From: the human T2T-CHM13v2.0 reference genome, Homo sapiens
Direction: 5' to 3' (one strand)
Assembly: GCF_009914755.1 (NCBI RefSeq)
Contig: NC_060931.1
DNA: 64,000 bases
In this document: piece after piece, positions 40,091 to 54,149 of the stretch
Numbering within the stretch: position 1 is the first letter of the stretch
Layout: every line of letters begins with the position of its first letter
Position numbers and translations under genes: made by a program
The notes under the pieces: generated by a model
Database searches by the model: none
What the model saw: the letters and a program-made list of their open reading frames with translations, nothing else
Told to the model about the DNA's origin: nothing

Positions 40091-41334
40091 GTTGTTTCTT
40101 GGTCTGACAAGCATCTCTACTAGACACAGAAGTTTTTTAAGTCTAATAAGAGGAAAAATAAATGAGCTCTCATCATTTTTCATTTCAGATTCCCACTTCC
40201 TGCAGAGAAGGTGTAAATATAGATAACAAAGCATTAAGAAAGTGGATTATGAAATATGATTGGGAAGTAGGATACTACTGTGTTCTCCATGAAATATGGC
40301 AAAAGAAGTATTTTCATTAACCAAAACATAGAAGGAAAAGGGAAAATGCAGTGGCAGGATTAAGCATTTTGGATTTTAGGGCAGTAAACAGAAAAAAGCA
40401 AGAATAAAAATTATCCTAGAGTGGGTATCCTCAAACCCACAATGCCTCCCTCAAGTAGGTCTCCAACTCAAAATGCCAAAAACTCCAGAGCATGTACAAG
40501 GTGGCCAACAGTGAAGGTAGGCCTTTAACCCACAATCCTGAAGTGGGCCTCTAACCCACAATCCTAGAGTGAACACTCTCACAATCAAGTATCCTGTCTT
40601 AAACAACTGTCCAAACACAGGAGCAGGGAACCACACCAAAAACTGGAAACAAAACATATATTTCAGGGTGGAAAATAAAATAGCTGATAAAAAAGTAAAA
40701 TGGCATTAGAGGAGAAATGACCAATTGTCATAGCTGATTAGTTGTCCTTCTGTCCAGGGCCCCCAAATGGCAGGTGACTTCAAATTGATTACCTAGTCAA
40801 AGGCCTTATTTCCTGCTCACCCAATATTGAAGGAGGGGCAGAGGGGTCACTCACTAATCCACATGAGCCAAAATGGCTCTAAGCAGTCTCCAGTGTGGAG
40901 CTCAGGTGAAAGTCTCCTCCTCAGGTTTCCTTGGCTTGGACAGGCTTGGCTGCTGTGAGGGGATCGGGGCATGGTCCTGTGATCAGCTGGCCAGAGTGTT
41001 GAGTATGATATGAGGCAGCACTGTGACCACTTGCCTGTTCACTCTGCTCTGCTGCCACCACCTGCCAGGGAAGACAATGGCTCTGAGAGAAGCCTTTGGT
41101 TAACATTACAGCTCTGCATCTACAGCTTCTGTGTTAGAGCTCTGCAGCTTCGATCATCTGCCTTGCCATCTTTTGCCAGCCACTCGCTATCTCATCGTCT
41201 GTTGCTCGCTACTCATTGCCTCACAGATCACTGGTCTTACCGTCTTGTCTCCTTCCTTATTGCCAGCTGCTGATCGCTGTCTCACCATCTCACCAATCAC
41301 CAATAGCTGTCTTGCCACCTTGCCATCTTGTCTC

Positions 41335-41352
41335 ATCCCTTCATTGTCACCA
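41335..41352 (-). other. Primer-binding site, tRNA-Arg-like
   Basis: TGGTGACAATGAAGGGAT, 3 nt after the 5' LTR, against recalled TGGCGACCACGAAGGGAC (14/18; mismatches mostly C>T). Confidence 0.6.
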
Positions 41353-41355
41353 TGA

Positions 41356-42138
<783 letters not shown>

Positions 42139-42460
42139 TGGGTGCCAGTTGAAATAATCCAGGTGGGAAATGATGGGGATCTAAATAAGTAAACCAGAAA
42201 TGTTGACAGAGGGACAACAGAGGAGAGAGAAAACAACTGATAAGAAACAGTGAATGATTGTCTATGAGTGCTGAAAGAGCAAAATTATCAAGAATAACCC
42301 CCTATGACTCCAGCTTTGTGATTGATGGTGCCAACCTTTGAGCCAGGAAACAGAATTGAAATATTAGAAATGAGTCTACTTTTAGAAATGTTGAGTTCAG
42401 ATGTTTGCGTGAGATCCAAGTTGAGAATGTAGTATTTAAGAAAAATTTAGAAGTATATAC
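42139..42460 (-). mobile_element. L2 fragment continuing 33230-33418 across the provirus
   Basis: ATAATCCAGGTGGGAAATGATGG...TCAAGAATAACCCC...TTTTAGAAATGTTGAGTT.AGATGTTTG. Confidence 0.6.
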
Positions 42461-43904
42461 CATGACACATATTGACAATTTTATATTCAACTTTTATGTG
42501 TGTTTTCAATGAATAATCCAAAACTATGAACCAATTTATTTAATCAGCCCATTTATAATGCCTCTCTAAATTAATTTATACTAGAAGCTCCAAACTCCAT
42601 AATAAAAATCTTTCCAAACTAGAGTTTGCCATATTAAATGGGGTGTCTTTTGATGTGTCTATTCTATATCCAAAGTGAAAAAGAGAAACTTTGCTAATGG
42701 CTAATTCTTTAATTTCTCCCCCACTCTGAGAAGTAACCAAATTTTGGTGGTCTCTTACATCAAAGTGTACTAGAGAAAAGGGAAGCCATGTCTTTGTTAA
42801 CCAAAAAATCTTCTTAAGTGATGAAGTTGATAGCTTAACTAATCCTTGTTCCCACCCCAGTCACTCTCCACTCTTACCACTCACACTGTACATGCCCTTC
42901 TCTAAACCATTTTAATAATCTTCCTAATGAATATTTAGTTAGCATGCAAGCAGATTTTTTCTATTGCCGAAGGCCAGCAATCTCAGTTTCTCAAAAATCT
43001 GTTTTTTTGTTTTTTTGTTTTTTTTTTGTGGAGAGGGGAAGTTACTGATATTTGTTTTACATACTTCTGTCAGTTTCTTTTCAGTGCTGTTTTTTGTTTT
43101 GTTTTGTTTTGGCCCTGTGTTTATATGTGTGAGAAGATCAATGGTGCCCTAACTTCTGTTCCATTTTCACACCCCCACTGAAATCTCCCCTACCTAGCTA
43201 CTTGAAATTTCTCTGGAATTGTTTTTACATACGTAGGGCTGGATACCTGCCTCCAGCTAATTTATACCCCCATCATGGACCCTTCTCTCCACTTCCCTTA
43301 TACTAATTTGGTCTCATCCTAAGTAGGTGAGTGAGAGAGAGGTAAAAAGACTGCAATGATTGCTTCTAAAGCATTTGAAAACTACTCAGAAAAAAATGTG
43401 GCACTAATGGGAGTTTTGTCAAGAAAGAGAAAATTAGTACATTTAAGAAGCAAATAAAGGCTTCCTAGAAAACTGGAAAAAAATACTATTTGATATAAAG
43501 AAAATGACTATAAAAATTGAACATTTATTTTGCAATTAATTCAAGGTATATAATAACAACAGGGTACAATCATTGTAATCTCCCAGGCATGGGGGTTAGC
43601 AATTTAAAAATATCACATGTAATTCTCACAATAATCCTATGATGTAAATGACTCTGATTATTACTAACTTTCAGTTGAGGTCAAACAGCCAGAAGCAGTC
43701 AAGCTGGAGTTTGAGCCCAATAGACCCAGAATGTACTCCAGTTCTTTTTAGTTATCTTCCCAATTTTTTTATTACATGTTTGCCACATCATATAACATTT
43801 TGATCTGTGGGAAATAAATCATCGTGTTTATTTGCCTTTTGAAACAGAAAAAAGTCATGAAGGAATTCAGATGATAAGTTTCATTTTAAAATGTGACCTC
43901 CACT

Positions 43905-44330
43905 TTTAGAAATAGTTAGAAATGCTTTCAGCTTCAAATCAAAGAAAAACCTAGTTAACAATGGTGCCTCATATAGCAAGACTTTGGAAATAAGTGGTCG
44001 CGGCATTGGTTCAGTGTCTCAAAGATTTCCCAGCCTATTTGGTGTCGGTTCCTTGCTGTTCTGTTCCTTATGGTTTCATGATGGCTGCATCTCAGGAGAC
44101 AGTATTAAGAGTGCTCCTTCTTGGGTACCTCTTTCTAATGGAAAAAAGGAGAAATCCTCCCAAAAGCTCCTAGGAGACCCTCTTTCCATATGTGACCTGA
44201 CCCGGAAGGAAAGTTGAATAAACTAAAGAGAGAAATTTTTTCAGTCTCTGTAATGAAAGCCAGGCAAATGAAATGGGGCTGGAGAAGCCAAGGCTTTGGG
44301 GCAGCCAACGAACACATCTGCTACAGTGAT
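43905..44330 (-). mobile_element. Old MLT1-type MaLR LTR remnant
   Basis: GTTAGAAATGCTTTCAGCT...AAAGAAAAACC...ATGGCTGCA; very diverged. Confidence 0.4.
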
Positions 44331-44744
44331 TGCATGGCACATACAGATTTTCCTGCCTTTAATAGGACGAACAAATTGTAATTACATGATGATCTCTTCC
44401 CAAAAAACCAAACAGTCTTTGGTACCAACTTTCCTTTTTTGGTTTTTTTACTTAACGCTGAATTTCAGTACTTCCTCTGTATTGAGTTTCAGCAATTTCA
44501 TTTTTTAATAAAAAGCTGCCGTGATGGAAAAGTTGTTATTTTACTATTCATTTTCATCAGATCACTTCATTGCTTCTGCCTGTGCTGACATTCTTAAAAC
44601 AGTCCTATTCTTTCCATTTTATTTTCTATTGCAGTCTCTTCCTTTAGAGTTTTTGGGTTGATGTTCCCATATAAATTCAGAATTTCTTCTCAAGATCTAT
44701 TGATCACTAATTCATGTACACTGAACTTGACTATGTATTCTGAT

Positions 44745-45085
44745 CAGGGATCCCCAAGCCCTGGGCCATAGATGGCCCGGGTACTGGTCCATGGCCTATT
44801 AGGAATCAGGCCGCAGAGCAGGAGGTGAGCAGCTAGCGAGATTACTGCCTGAGCTCTGCCTCCTGTAAGATCAGTGGTGGCATTCCATTCTCATAGGAAT
44901 GCAAACCCTTTTTTGAGCTGCACATGCAAGGGATCTAGGTTGTGCACTCCTTATGAGAATCTAATGCCTGATGATCTGAGGTGGAGCAGTTTTATCCCAA
45001 AACCATCCCCTGCACCTTGCCAGTCCATGGAAAAATTGTTCTCCACGGCACCAGTCTCTGGTGCCCAAACAGTTAGGGATCACTG
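44745..45085 (+). mobile_element. MER1B (hAT-Charlie)
   Basis: CAGGGATCCCCAAGCCCTGGGCC...TTATGAGAATCTAATGCCTGATGATCTGAGGTGG...GTTAGGGATCACTG with terminal inverted repeats. Confidence 0.88.
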
Positions 45086-45422
45086 TTTTAGATAACAACG
45101 TTTTTATTTCTTTGGCTCAATAAGGTAAAATTAGTAGGTGAGAAATATACTATTTCAAGCACTTTTTCATCATAATGTTTAGAAGAGGAACTTACTAAGA
45201 GCACAAGATGTATTCCCAATAAGTCATATCAATGTCTCATTCAGCCACATGTTTTATCTCTGATAATGGCACGTGAGCTGTGTGTGATGAAATGTTATTA
45301 AAGATGGGATGTATGTTTTAAAAGCTTCATTTTTCCTGAACAGCCAATGCTATAGCTCTTGTTGATGAATTTTTAAAACCCCAATTGTACTAATTCACAT
45401 TTCTTTTGGACTTCAAGGTTGG

Positions 45423-45796
45423 TGTATTAGTCATTTCTCATGCTGTTAATAAAGACATACTTGAGACTGGATAATTTATAATGAGGTTTAATTGACTCAC
45501 AGTTCAGCATGGCTGGGGAGGCCTCAGGAAGCTTTACAATCATGCTGGAAGGCAAAGGGAAGAAAGGCAACTTCTTCACTAGGTGGCAGGAAGGAGACCT
45601 GCTGAGCAAAAGGGGAAAAGCCCCTTTTAAAACCATCAGATCTCATGAGAACTCACTCACTATCACAAGAACAGCATTGGGGTAACTGCCCCCATGATTC
45701 TCTTACCTCACACCAGGTCCCTCCCACGACATGTGGGGATTATGAGAACTACAATCCAAGGTGAGATTAGGATGGAGACACAGCCAAATCATATCA
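45423..45796 (-). mobile_element. THE1D-like MaLR solo LTR
   Basis: TGTATTAGTCATTTCTCATGCTG...GACTCACAGTTCAGCATGGCTGGGGAGGCCTCAGGAA...CAGCCAAATCATATCA. Confidence 0.88.
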
Positions 45797-45989
45797 ATTG
45801 AGGAGATTTAGTGAACCACATGTAATGTCAACCTGTGGACTGCATCATTCTAGAAGTCTCCACAATAGACACCACAATTTCCAACATAAGATTTATCAGT
45901 AATAAAGGTAATATTTTGGGTTCTTATTTGCTTTGTCTTGTTTTATTTTTATTCATTTATTCATTCATTCATTTTTAATTTCTCAACTG

Positions 45990-46270
45990 GCAGAGAAATT
46001 GAGCAGTAAGGTGGTGGGTTATTTACTTGGTCCTTCTTGAACACCATTAATAAACAGCTTACAAACATAATTCCTTCTCTTTCACACCATAACTATTTGA
46101 CTCTATACAAGCTACTTAAATTTTAAGTCTTGGTGTCTTCATCTATAGAGTGGAGTTTTTGATAGCTTCTTACCATGGAAGGTCACTGTGAAGATTAATA
46201 ATGAGAAAATACGTGTAATATATAGTTAGTGCACATCACAAAATATAAAAGACACTCAATAAGTGGTCAT
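45990..46270 (+). mobile_element. MIR fragment
   Basis: CAAGCTACTTAA...CTTCATCTATAGAGTGGAG...GTGAAGATTAA..ATGAGA...CACTCAATAAGTGG. Confidence 0.55.
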
Positions 46271-48013
46271 CTTTTTCTGTTCTTTGTATCGCAAGTTGAA
46301 TTTTAAATGTCATACCATTAGTATAAACAGGATGGTGTCATTATCTGAGAATAATTGGAACCTATAAAATATCTGCATATATAAGGGGCCAAAATTTCAT
46401 TGTAAGTTGAGCATTTCTATATTGAGGAACAAAACTAAAATATTTTATATTATTTATCAAATTTAGATTTTAACTACAAATAAACATTGATTATTAACAC
46501 AAAGAATAAATCAAGCATTATTTTTTACATTTGCATTTCTGTTTATCCAACAAAATTATATGAGACATTATGCCCCATTTCACATTTTAATTCTGCAGCA
46601 TGGTTATATTTCTAATTATATATAACTCATTAATTTTTCAAAATTTCCTCAATTCTTTGCTATTCAGATTATTCTCATATCCAGAGACTACCCATCATTG
46701 TCCTCTATCTTTTTAAAAGTCCATGATTTGTCTCCATAGCTGACTTTTCTTGTATTATATTGGGTTGTTAGGGCATTAGAGCATTCAAAAAATTAGCTAG
46801 AGACTGATCAATAAGATCTTGATTGGTTGAGGATGGGTATTTGTGCCAGGAATAGAAGGCTCTTTGAAAGGAAACTAATTTTATTAGCCATATGCTCAAA
46901 AGTGAATGGTGCTAGGTCATGGCAACTTTTGATTCTTGATTTTATGCATCTTTTCAACTACAGGGATTTGGATAATGATGACTTCAGTAACTAGAATATT
47001 ACTGGTTAGCTACGTTAATAGTAAATTTGATAAAATATGTCATAAACTGTTTTTTTAACCTCAAAGCTATATCACAAGAAAGGACATAGAATATAAAATA
47101 ACTTTTAGTACTTTAACCTCAAATTTGTGATTTTTTTGACCCCCCACAGTTAGAGGTTTTTCAGGCTGACATACCTGGGATTTAGAAACTCACAAATAAC
47201 CCCTGTGGTCCCTCCTTCCCAAGAGTCTAAAGTAGCTCTCCATTAGGAGCCTGAAACTCCTTCAAGTCATTAAGTGATTGATTTTCTATCAAAACAGAAT
47301 GAAGGAGTGAGGAAGGAAGGAAGATAAACAGGGAAGAAAGGAGGGTAGAGGAGAGAGAAAGATAAAGGGAGAAGAAAAAACATAAGCTGGAATCTAAGTG
47401 CTCTGAAAAAAATGAGACTGCAGCTCCCTAAGTCATCATCAAGACTTGAAGCAGAACCCTTGAATCAGAGAATATTCAGATGAAATACTCTGTTTTAGGG
47501 AGAAGCTACTGATACAGTTGTTGCTTCGATGAGGAGAGAAAGTAGATGGAGCCATTATCCTACTGATATATTTTCAGTCCTTCCCCTCACCCTTTTCCTC
47601 TCAAAGACCTTATTATCAGCATATACTATATGCTCTGATGTGGATATAATCATGGATCTGATGGCTTTAGATGAACATTAGAAGAAAAAGTACAATAATG
47701 ATAATAAATTAATTCATACTAACTTAGCATTTACTATGTTCCAGATGTTGTTCATCATGATCTACTTCCATGAAAGTGTTAGAGACCGCTAGAGTCAAAA
47801 TAAAGCAGATACTGGCAGGAATGATTAGACTTAAATTCTATTTCTAGCTTAACTTTTCTGGACTCTAGTTTTTCTCTTTTGTTTGTTTTTGGTCTTTTAA
47901 TTTTCAAAATGGGAACTTTCGCAATGCAGAATGAATTGTCTGACTAACATAAACGAAGGGATCACAAGTAGTCAAGTCTATTGGGCTGTCTCTTTTCAGA
48001 CATTGAGAATCTC

Positions 48014-48425
48014 ATTCAATTATCTATTGCTATTATAAATCACCGAAAACTTGGTGGCTTTATAATTCGGTATTTATTTGTTCATGATTCTGCAGTTCGG
48101 ACAGGGCTTGTCAGGGCAGTTCTACTCTGCTACATGCTAGGACTGGGATATTCAAGATGGCTTCTTCAACCACCTATCTGAAGATGCCATCACTAGAATG
48201 GCTGAAACAGATGCAGGCTGGCTGGGCATCTTTTCCTGCATGACTCCCCTTGTGGCTAGCTTGGGCTTTCTCATCATGGTGCTGGGTTATAAGAAGGCAC
48301 ATACCCAAAGGACAGGCCCCAGTGACAAGCAAAAGGGACAAACCAAAGTCAGTGTGAGGGGACTATACAGGACATTAATATCAAGGGGCAGAATTCACTG
48401 GAGGCATAAAATAAGAGTCAACCAG
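48014..48425 (-). mobile_element. MLT1-type MaLR LTR remnant
   Basis: TATCTATTGCT..ATAAATCACC.AAAACTTGGTGGCTT...CATGATTCTGCAG...TTCAAGATGGCTTCTTC. Confidence 0.6.
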
Positions 48426-49899
48426 AGACACCTGTTTGGGGTTTCTAGTTCAAACAATTTATATCACTGAGTACACTAAACCAGCTTATGACCCAGGCAA
48501 CTACAGCCTGTTTAGTCCTTTGAAAATAAAAATTACAACAGAGCTAATAAATCTCTGAGAAATCAATTTTTCTTGAGTGGACTTCTTAAATCAAATGACT
48601 AGCACTACTGTGGAACACTCTGATGAAATTTAGTATTGTCCATTCAACCTTAACTCCCTACTTCTTTTTATACAAGATAAATAGAATGAAAGATATGAGT
48701 TGAGTTTGGTTTATGGTTAGAAGATTTCATTCTTTCAGTATAAGCATTCTCTTGACATCCTAAATAATCATTTCACATTTGGCGATTAAGTGTGTACTTT
48801 TTAACAGGGGCAACTGCCAAAGGAGTTGAGAATCTCACTCTTAATGGCCTCTGTTGGAGGAATGATGTTGTCATTGGCAGACAGAACAGCTGAAACCTCT
48901 CCCTACAGTCAGCCAACAGCTCACTGAGCCAGCACAAGCTGCTGCCATTGATTTTTCTGTACAGGTAATTGAAAACTGCCATAAGAGCCTGTATTTCATA
49001 CCCATCATCAGTGACAATGGAAAGGCCTTAGTCCATGTAAATATATTATAGTCCTCATTTAAAACTTCAGCTTGGCGCTAAGGAGGCATTTTTCTTTCTG
49101 TGGAAGTACAAGGAAACTAAATTCAGATGAGATGGGCCAAATGCAATTCCAGAGCTGAGATGAAAAGTTATGGATAGAGGAAATGTAAAGATAGGTTTCC
49201 AGTACTGTGACAAGACAGGAACTGAAACTGAGCCCTATGGGATATCTGGAGTACCTACAGAATATCACTACAACTTGAATATTGTCAGAGGCTTTAATGT
49301 TATAAAACAATCTTCAAAAGTTTGGCTCTAGGCCATCTGAGTTTAGAAATCTGATGATTCTCAGAAGAATGAAGATAGTTTTAAAACAGGCAAATTTAGA
49401 ATAAGAAAGCTATTCAGAGACTTGAAAACTAAATAGTCAATATGGGATGTGTGTCCCTGCATTTTGAAAGAGACAGCACAGTGGTTTCTTTTTAAAGCAA
49501 TGAAGTCCACAGACTGACATAATATGAAACTAGGTTTAGGACAAGCTGACGTTTTTTTCTTCTATTTTCATTTCAAACTTTTGGTTATATTTATTCCACA
49601 TTTTCTCTCAATGTAAGTTTTCAGGATTGTACCTTATTTATTACTGTCAAAATCTATACATCTTTCATTTTGAAGGCATTTTTACAAGATAGAGGGGAAA
49701 GAAAGGACTGAGGCAAACTGTAGGTTAGGATTTCATAGTCAGAATAAAAAGAATAGGTAAACTGACTAAGACATCCAAGACAAAAGCATTCAGGCTCCTC
49801 TTCTTTCACCCGTCCGCTTCCACAGCATAAAGAACAGTGCTCTAGAAATATCATAAGGCTTTCAACAATGTAGTCATCTCCAGCATATTTCCACAGCTA

Positions 49900-50090
49900 C
49901 AATTTATCAGACATTTACTATGAGCTCAGCATTGTTCTCAGTATTTTTCCAGCTAATATTTCATTTCATGTCCACAACAACTTCATTTGGTTGGTGTTAT
50001 TGTTTTCTATATTCCAGATGAGGAAACCGAAGCTCAGAAAGAAAAAGAATGTTTCAAGACCAAGGTCACCCAGTTTGTAATAGCAGTGTA
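49900..50090 (-). mobile_element. MIR
   Basis: CATTTACTATGAGC.CAGCATTGTTCT...CAGATGAGGAAACCGAAGCTCAGA...CCAAGGTCACCCAG. Confidence 0.75.
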
Positions 50091-50848
50091 GGTCTGTCCA
50101 AACTGATTCAGAAAATGCCAAGCAGAAAAGAAACCCCGCTATCTAATTAGACTGATCAGAGAAGGGGAAACTCCTTTCCTCCTATCATTATCATATCCTC
50201 AATGTAGTTGTAACATGTAACAGTTATTAAGCATCTGTGTTCCGTGTAAATTCTGGTCCTTTCCATCTGTATGTAACTGAGCTCATTATTTTTAAGCCTT
50301 TGAAGTGATCGCCTATAGAATCAACGAACTAGCAACATGGGGCTGACTCTGGTGATCTCTGAAAATGAGCACACACAAAACAATTCTCAAGGAGATTGCA
50401 GTCTACAAGGGCTGTGGGCTTTAACCCTTGCAGACTGTGGATATATTATTTTTTAATTTTGCATTTTGTAATACCAACCAATTATGAATGCTATGAAAAA
50501 TATCATCCAAACAATACACTTTGAGGGGTGGTATTAGTGGAGATTTCCAATGTGAGGTCCTTGAATATAGATAATTTTGAAGCTTTTCCCTTCTTTATAG
50601 TGAGTCGTCTATTAAAAGATCCCCTTCAAAGAATTCCACCACTTGAGAGAAGGGAGGGTTCCTGAGACAATTAATCTTACATTCTTATTGTGCACATAAG
50701 GCAATTTGGGTCCAAGCAAAGGAAGAAACACGTCCAGCTTCTCAGAAGCAGAGCTGGGATTGGAATTCAGGTCTCCTCTGGCTCAGTGTATTCTCTTTTA
50801 CCAGAAATATCTCTTTCATTTATCTTAATAGTGCCTTTGGGTGGAATC

Positions 50849-50966
50849 CAAAGCATTTGAACATGGCATTATGATACAAGTTGCAGATGAGGAGTCCCTG
50901 GGCTTTGCAAAGCATTTGAAAATGGCATTATGATACAAGTTGCAGATGAGGAGTCCCTGGGCTTTG
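50849..50966. repeat. 59-bp tandem duplication (2 copies, 1 mismatch)
   Basis: CAAAGCATTTGAA(C/A)ATGGCATTATGATACAAGTTGCAGATGAGGAGTCCCTGGGCTTTG at 50849-50907 and 50908-50966. Confidence 0.97.
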
Positions 50967-51199
50967 GTAAAGTCCCCCGATCACTAGCTGGCTGAGTAGT
51001 CTTGGGAAATGTTTTAATCTTTTTAAATCACAGTCTTCTCCTCTGTAAAGTGAAGTTGTTCAACTGATTTTTATAATCATTTTGCTTCGTAACATGTGGC
51101 TCTTCGATTTTAATCCGTTATATTTGTGAGTTAACTTCTACTTTTCACAAAGCACATGGGCCCTCTTTTCCTTCATTAAAATTCTCTGGATTGCTAATA

Positions 51200-51820
51200 A
51201 AAATGATGTTGAAACCAGACAAACTCTAAGGACAAAATAGACATTTTCAGACATGTAAGAACTCAGAAAATTTATTTCCCTAGTGCCTAGTTTTAAGAAG
51301 TAATTTATGGCTATACTCCAGCAAATCAAGAAGCTAAGAAATATGTGAGTCAAGAAGTGATAAGAAAATCCTAGGGTGATAAGTATACAGCAAGTCTATG
51401 AAACAATTCATCAAAATTAGAACAAGACAGTGCTTTCAGAAGAAAGAATGGAATCAACTCCAAAAATAAACAGGAAGCTAAATGATATTAGTTGCATGTT
51501 GAAAAACATGTTTGCATATATGTGTTTTTTATCATTTAACAAGAACAAAGAGACAATAACAAACACCCAGAGGAAAAAAGTCATAAAAACATTATCAAAG
51601 AGTTCAAATATAAAGCAAACTAAAATGTGGTATAACTTAGAGCAATTAAAAAATCTAAGAGAAATTATTTGACCTGGAAGATAGGAATATTGCATGTCCT
51701 TTGCATTGGGGTCATGGCCTTTAAATATTTCAGAAAAAAAGATGCAATCTTAGCACACTACTTAGCTCTGCAGCATATATTATTAACATGCCATGCTAAT
51801 GAAATTTCATGTTCTTGATT
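51200..51820 (+). mobile_element. Old L1M/HAL1-like fragment (end of ORF1 region)
   Basis: AGGACAAAATAGACATTTTCAGACATG.AAGAACTCAGAAAATTTATTTCC...TACTCCAGCAAA. Confidence 0.45.
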
Positions 51821-51950
51821 TTCAACTCAGCATTTCCTCATTTTCTCTTCTCCCTTCTGCACAGTTTCTATTCATTATATTATTTGTTACGGTTGTAAAA
51901 TTTTAATCTATTTGGCAGCAATATTAAAAGTTCTACACGTTGTCACTTTC

Positions 51951-52248
51951 TTTATTTTTTTTTTTTTGATGGAGTTTCACTGTTGTTGCCCAGGCTGGAG
52001 GGCAGTGGCGCAAACTTGGCTCACTGCAACCTACGCCACCTGGGTTCAAGTGATTCTCCTGCCTAAGCCTCCCGAGTAGCTGGGATTACAGGCGCCCACC
52101 ACCACGCCCGGCTAATTTTTGTATTTTTAGTAGAGACAGGTTTTCATCACGTTGGCCAGGCTGCTCTCCAACTCCTGACCTCAGGTGATCCACCCGCTTT
52201 GGCCTCCCAAAGTACTGGGATTACAGGTGTGAGCCACTGCGCCCAGCC
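51951..52248 (-). mobile_element. AluSq/Sp-like
   Basis: Poly-T, GAGTTTCACTGTTGTTGCCCAGG and a full dimer ending GCGCCCAGCC. Confidence 0.94.
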
Positions 52249-52672
52249 CTACTTTTTTTTAACTCTAAGAGTAAGATTCACATAAAACCTTTGTAGTGAT
52301 TGCTTCTGTGAACAGAGAGTCGGGAGGAAATGTGACGCAGAAATTGTAATGACTGCTTAATAAGTAAAAGTCTGTGAGTGCTTGCAGATTGTAGGGCTGT
52401 AAATGAAGTAGCACAAAAGGAATTAAATAATGAAGAAACAAACAGGAGTAAGCCGGCATCACATAATATCAAAGTAGGGAGAAGTGAGTATGTGCAAGGC
52501 TTCATTCATAGGTTTCTCTTCCCTCTTTTTTTTTTTTTTCTGAGTCTTTACCAACAATATTTTGAATTATACTGATCTTAAAATCAGATTTTTTTTTTTT
52601 TTTTACTAGAAGTAGGCTAACACTTTTAAATGGTCTACTGAACCATTTCATTTGCATTTCTTTGTTTTAGGG

Positions 52673-52859
52673 CAGTGGTTCTCAAACTTCAGAGTGCATC
52701 AGAATCACCTGGAAGACTTGTTGCAACACAGATTGCTGGGGCTCACTTCCAGAGTATCTAATTCAGCAGGTCTAGAATAGGACCAGAGAATCTACATTTC
52801 TAATAATTCCCAGAAGATGCTGATACTGCTGGTCCCAGGAACTCATTTTAAAATCTCTG
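52673..52859. mobile_element. MER5A, full length
   Basis: CAGTGGTTCTCAAACTT...CATCAGAATCACCTGGA...GATGCTGATACTGCTGGTCC...; flanks TTTTAGGG/ACCTAGGG resemble an 8-bp hAT TSD. Confidence 0.88.
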
Positions 52860-53125
52860 ACCTAGGGAATGCCTGGGTGGCTTAATCACATTCTGCTAAA
52901 TGGAAGTTTCTGGATGATTCCCGTCTCTAAAAGACTGGGCTACATTAACCTAAAATAAACCAGTTTAAAATTTAAATCCTAATATGACTCTGACATTTGA
53001 AAGAGAAAAATTCTTCAAGCTTCAAGTTTCCATAGCCCTTCAGTAACTGTTGGGCAGTCAGGTTTCATGGAGAGATCCAGTAGCACTGAGTATAGTTGAT
53101 GACCTTTCATATTTGGTTGCATTTC

Positions 53126-53166
53126 TGTGTGTGTGTGTGTGTGTGTGTGCGTGTGTGCGTGTGTGC
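53126..53166. repeat. (TG)n/(TGCG) microsatellite
   Basis: Seen directly. Confidence 0.92.
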
Positions 53167-54149
53167 GAGTGCATGTACGTAAGCGCCCATATGGGTATAT
53201 ACTTATAGATACATGAACATAAATAATATATAAATGTGTATGTGCACACATACACTATATAAACATTTGTTTTTGCTGATCTATTCTTTATTCCTTTGCA
53301 ACTTAAAAAGCTCAAGACTTTGTAAAAATGTGATCTAAATATTCTTGAGAAGAAAATATGAGAAAAGTCATTATTCTACCTAAATAATTTTTACTTCCTT
53401 TTGGAAGCTTTAGAAACTTTAGCTAAGGACATATACTTTTTAATTTTAGGTGGGGGCCCTAAAATTACTGTTCTTTCTCTAAGCACCCACAATCTGGAGT
53501 TTGGGTCTGCATTTTGGGAGAGGTAATTTATTGCATATTTTACATTCTCAAGTCATTTCCCTAACAGAATCCTTAAAGATATCTGAATCAGACTTTCTGT
53601 ATGATTTTTGAGGATAATAGTGCATCACTGATTTCAAATCCTGACCATATGGATACAAAGGAAAATCTCACGAAGCATGAATTTTGCTGTAATCCAAGAA
53701 AAATCATTAACTATGTGAAGATCCATTTAAAGAGAAACATTCTTCTTCTCATAAGAGTTTTTTAAAGATGATTTTGTCCTTTGATTTTGATCCTAGAATT
53801 AAACTTTGCATGAGTTATTTTTAAATGAAGAAACAGATCCCAAACTTCTCTGCACTCTTAATAAATGGACAGTTATATTTATTTTCTGGTATTTAAGTTT
53901 AGAAATGTGATGGCCAGCTGTTCTTCTCAAATCTGAGCTGCATTATGGTTTGATGAGGGATAACACTTATTCTTTATTTGAACTTTGCTGCTTGCTTGTA
54001 TGAGGGTTGAAAACCTGTTCTAGGATTGCTGTTAAGGCAGACTGTGGTTTACAAACTTATCAAGAAAAGATGTTTCTGTTTCATAAACCAAAGCCATCTC
54101 TAATGTGGGTAATGACAATACATTTATTGTATTTTAATACAAAGTCTAT

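Noticed and set aside
41040-41334. Loosely repetitive TGCC/CATC/TCTC tract resembling an array
   Set aside because: It is the degenerate repeat-rich leader of the provirus; there are no constant repeats with unique spacers, and CRISPR is not expected in a mammalian genome.
47300-47380. Purine-rich GA tract with H-DNA potential
   Set aside because: Common low-complexity sequence without a clear mirror repeat.
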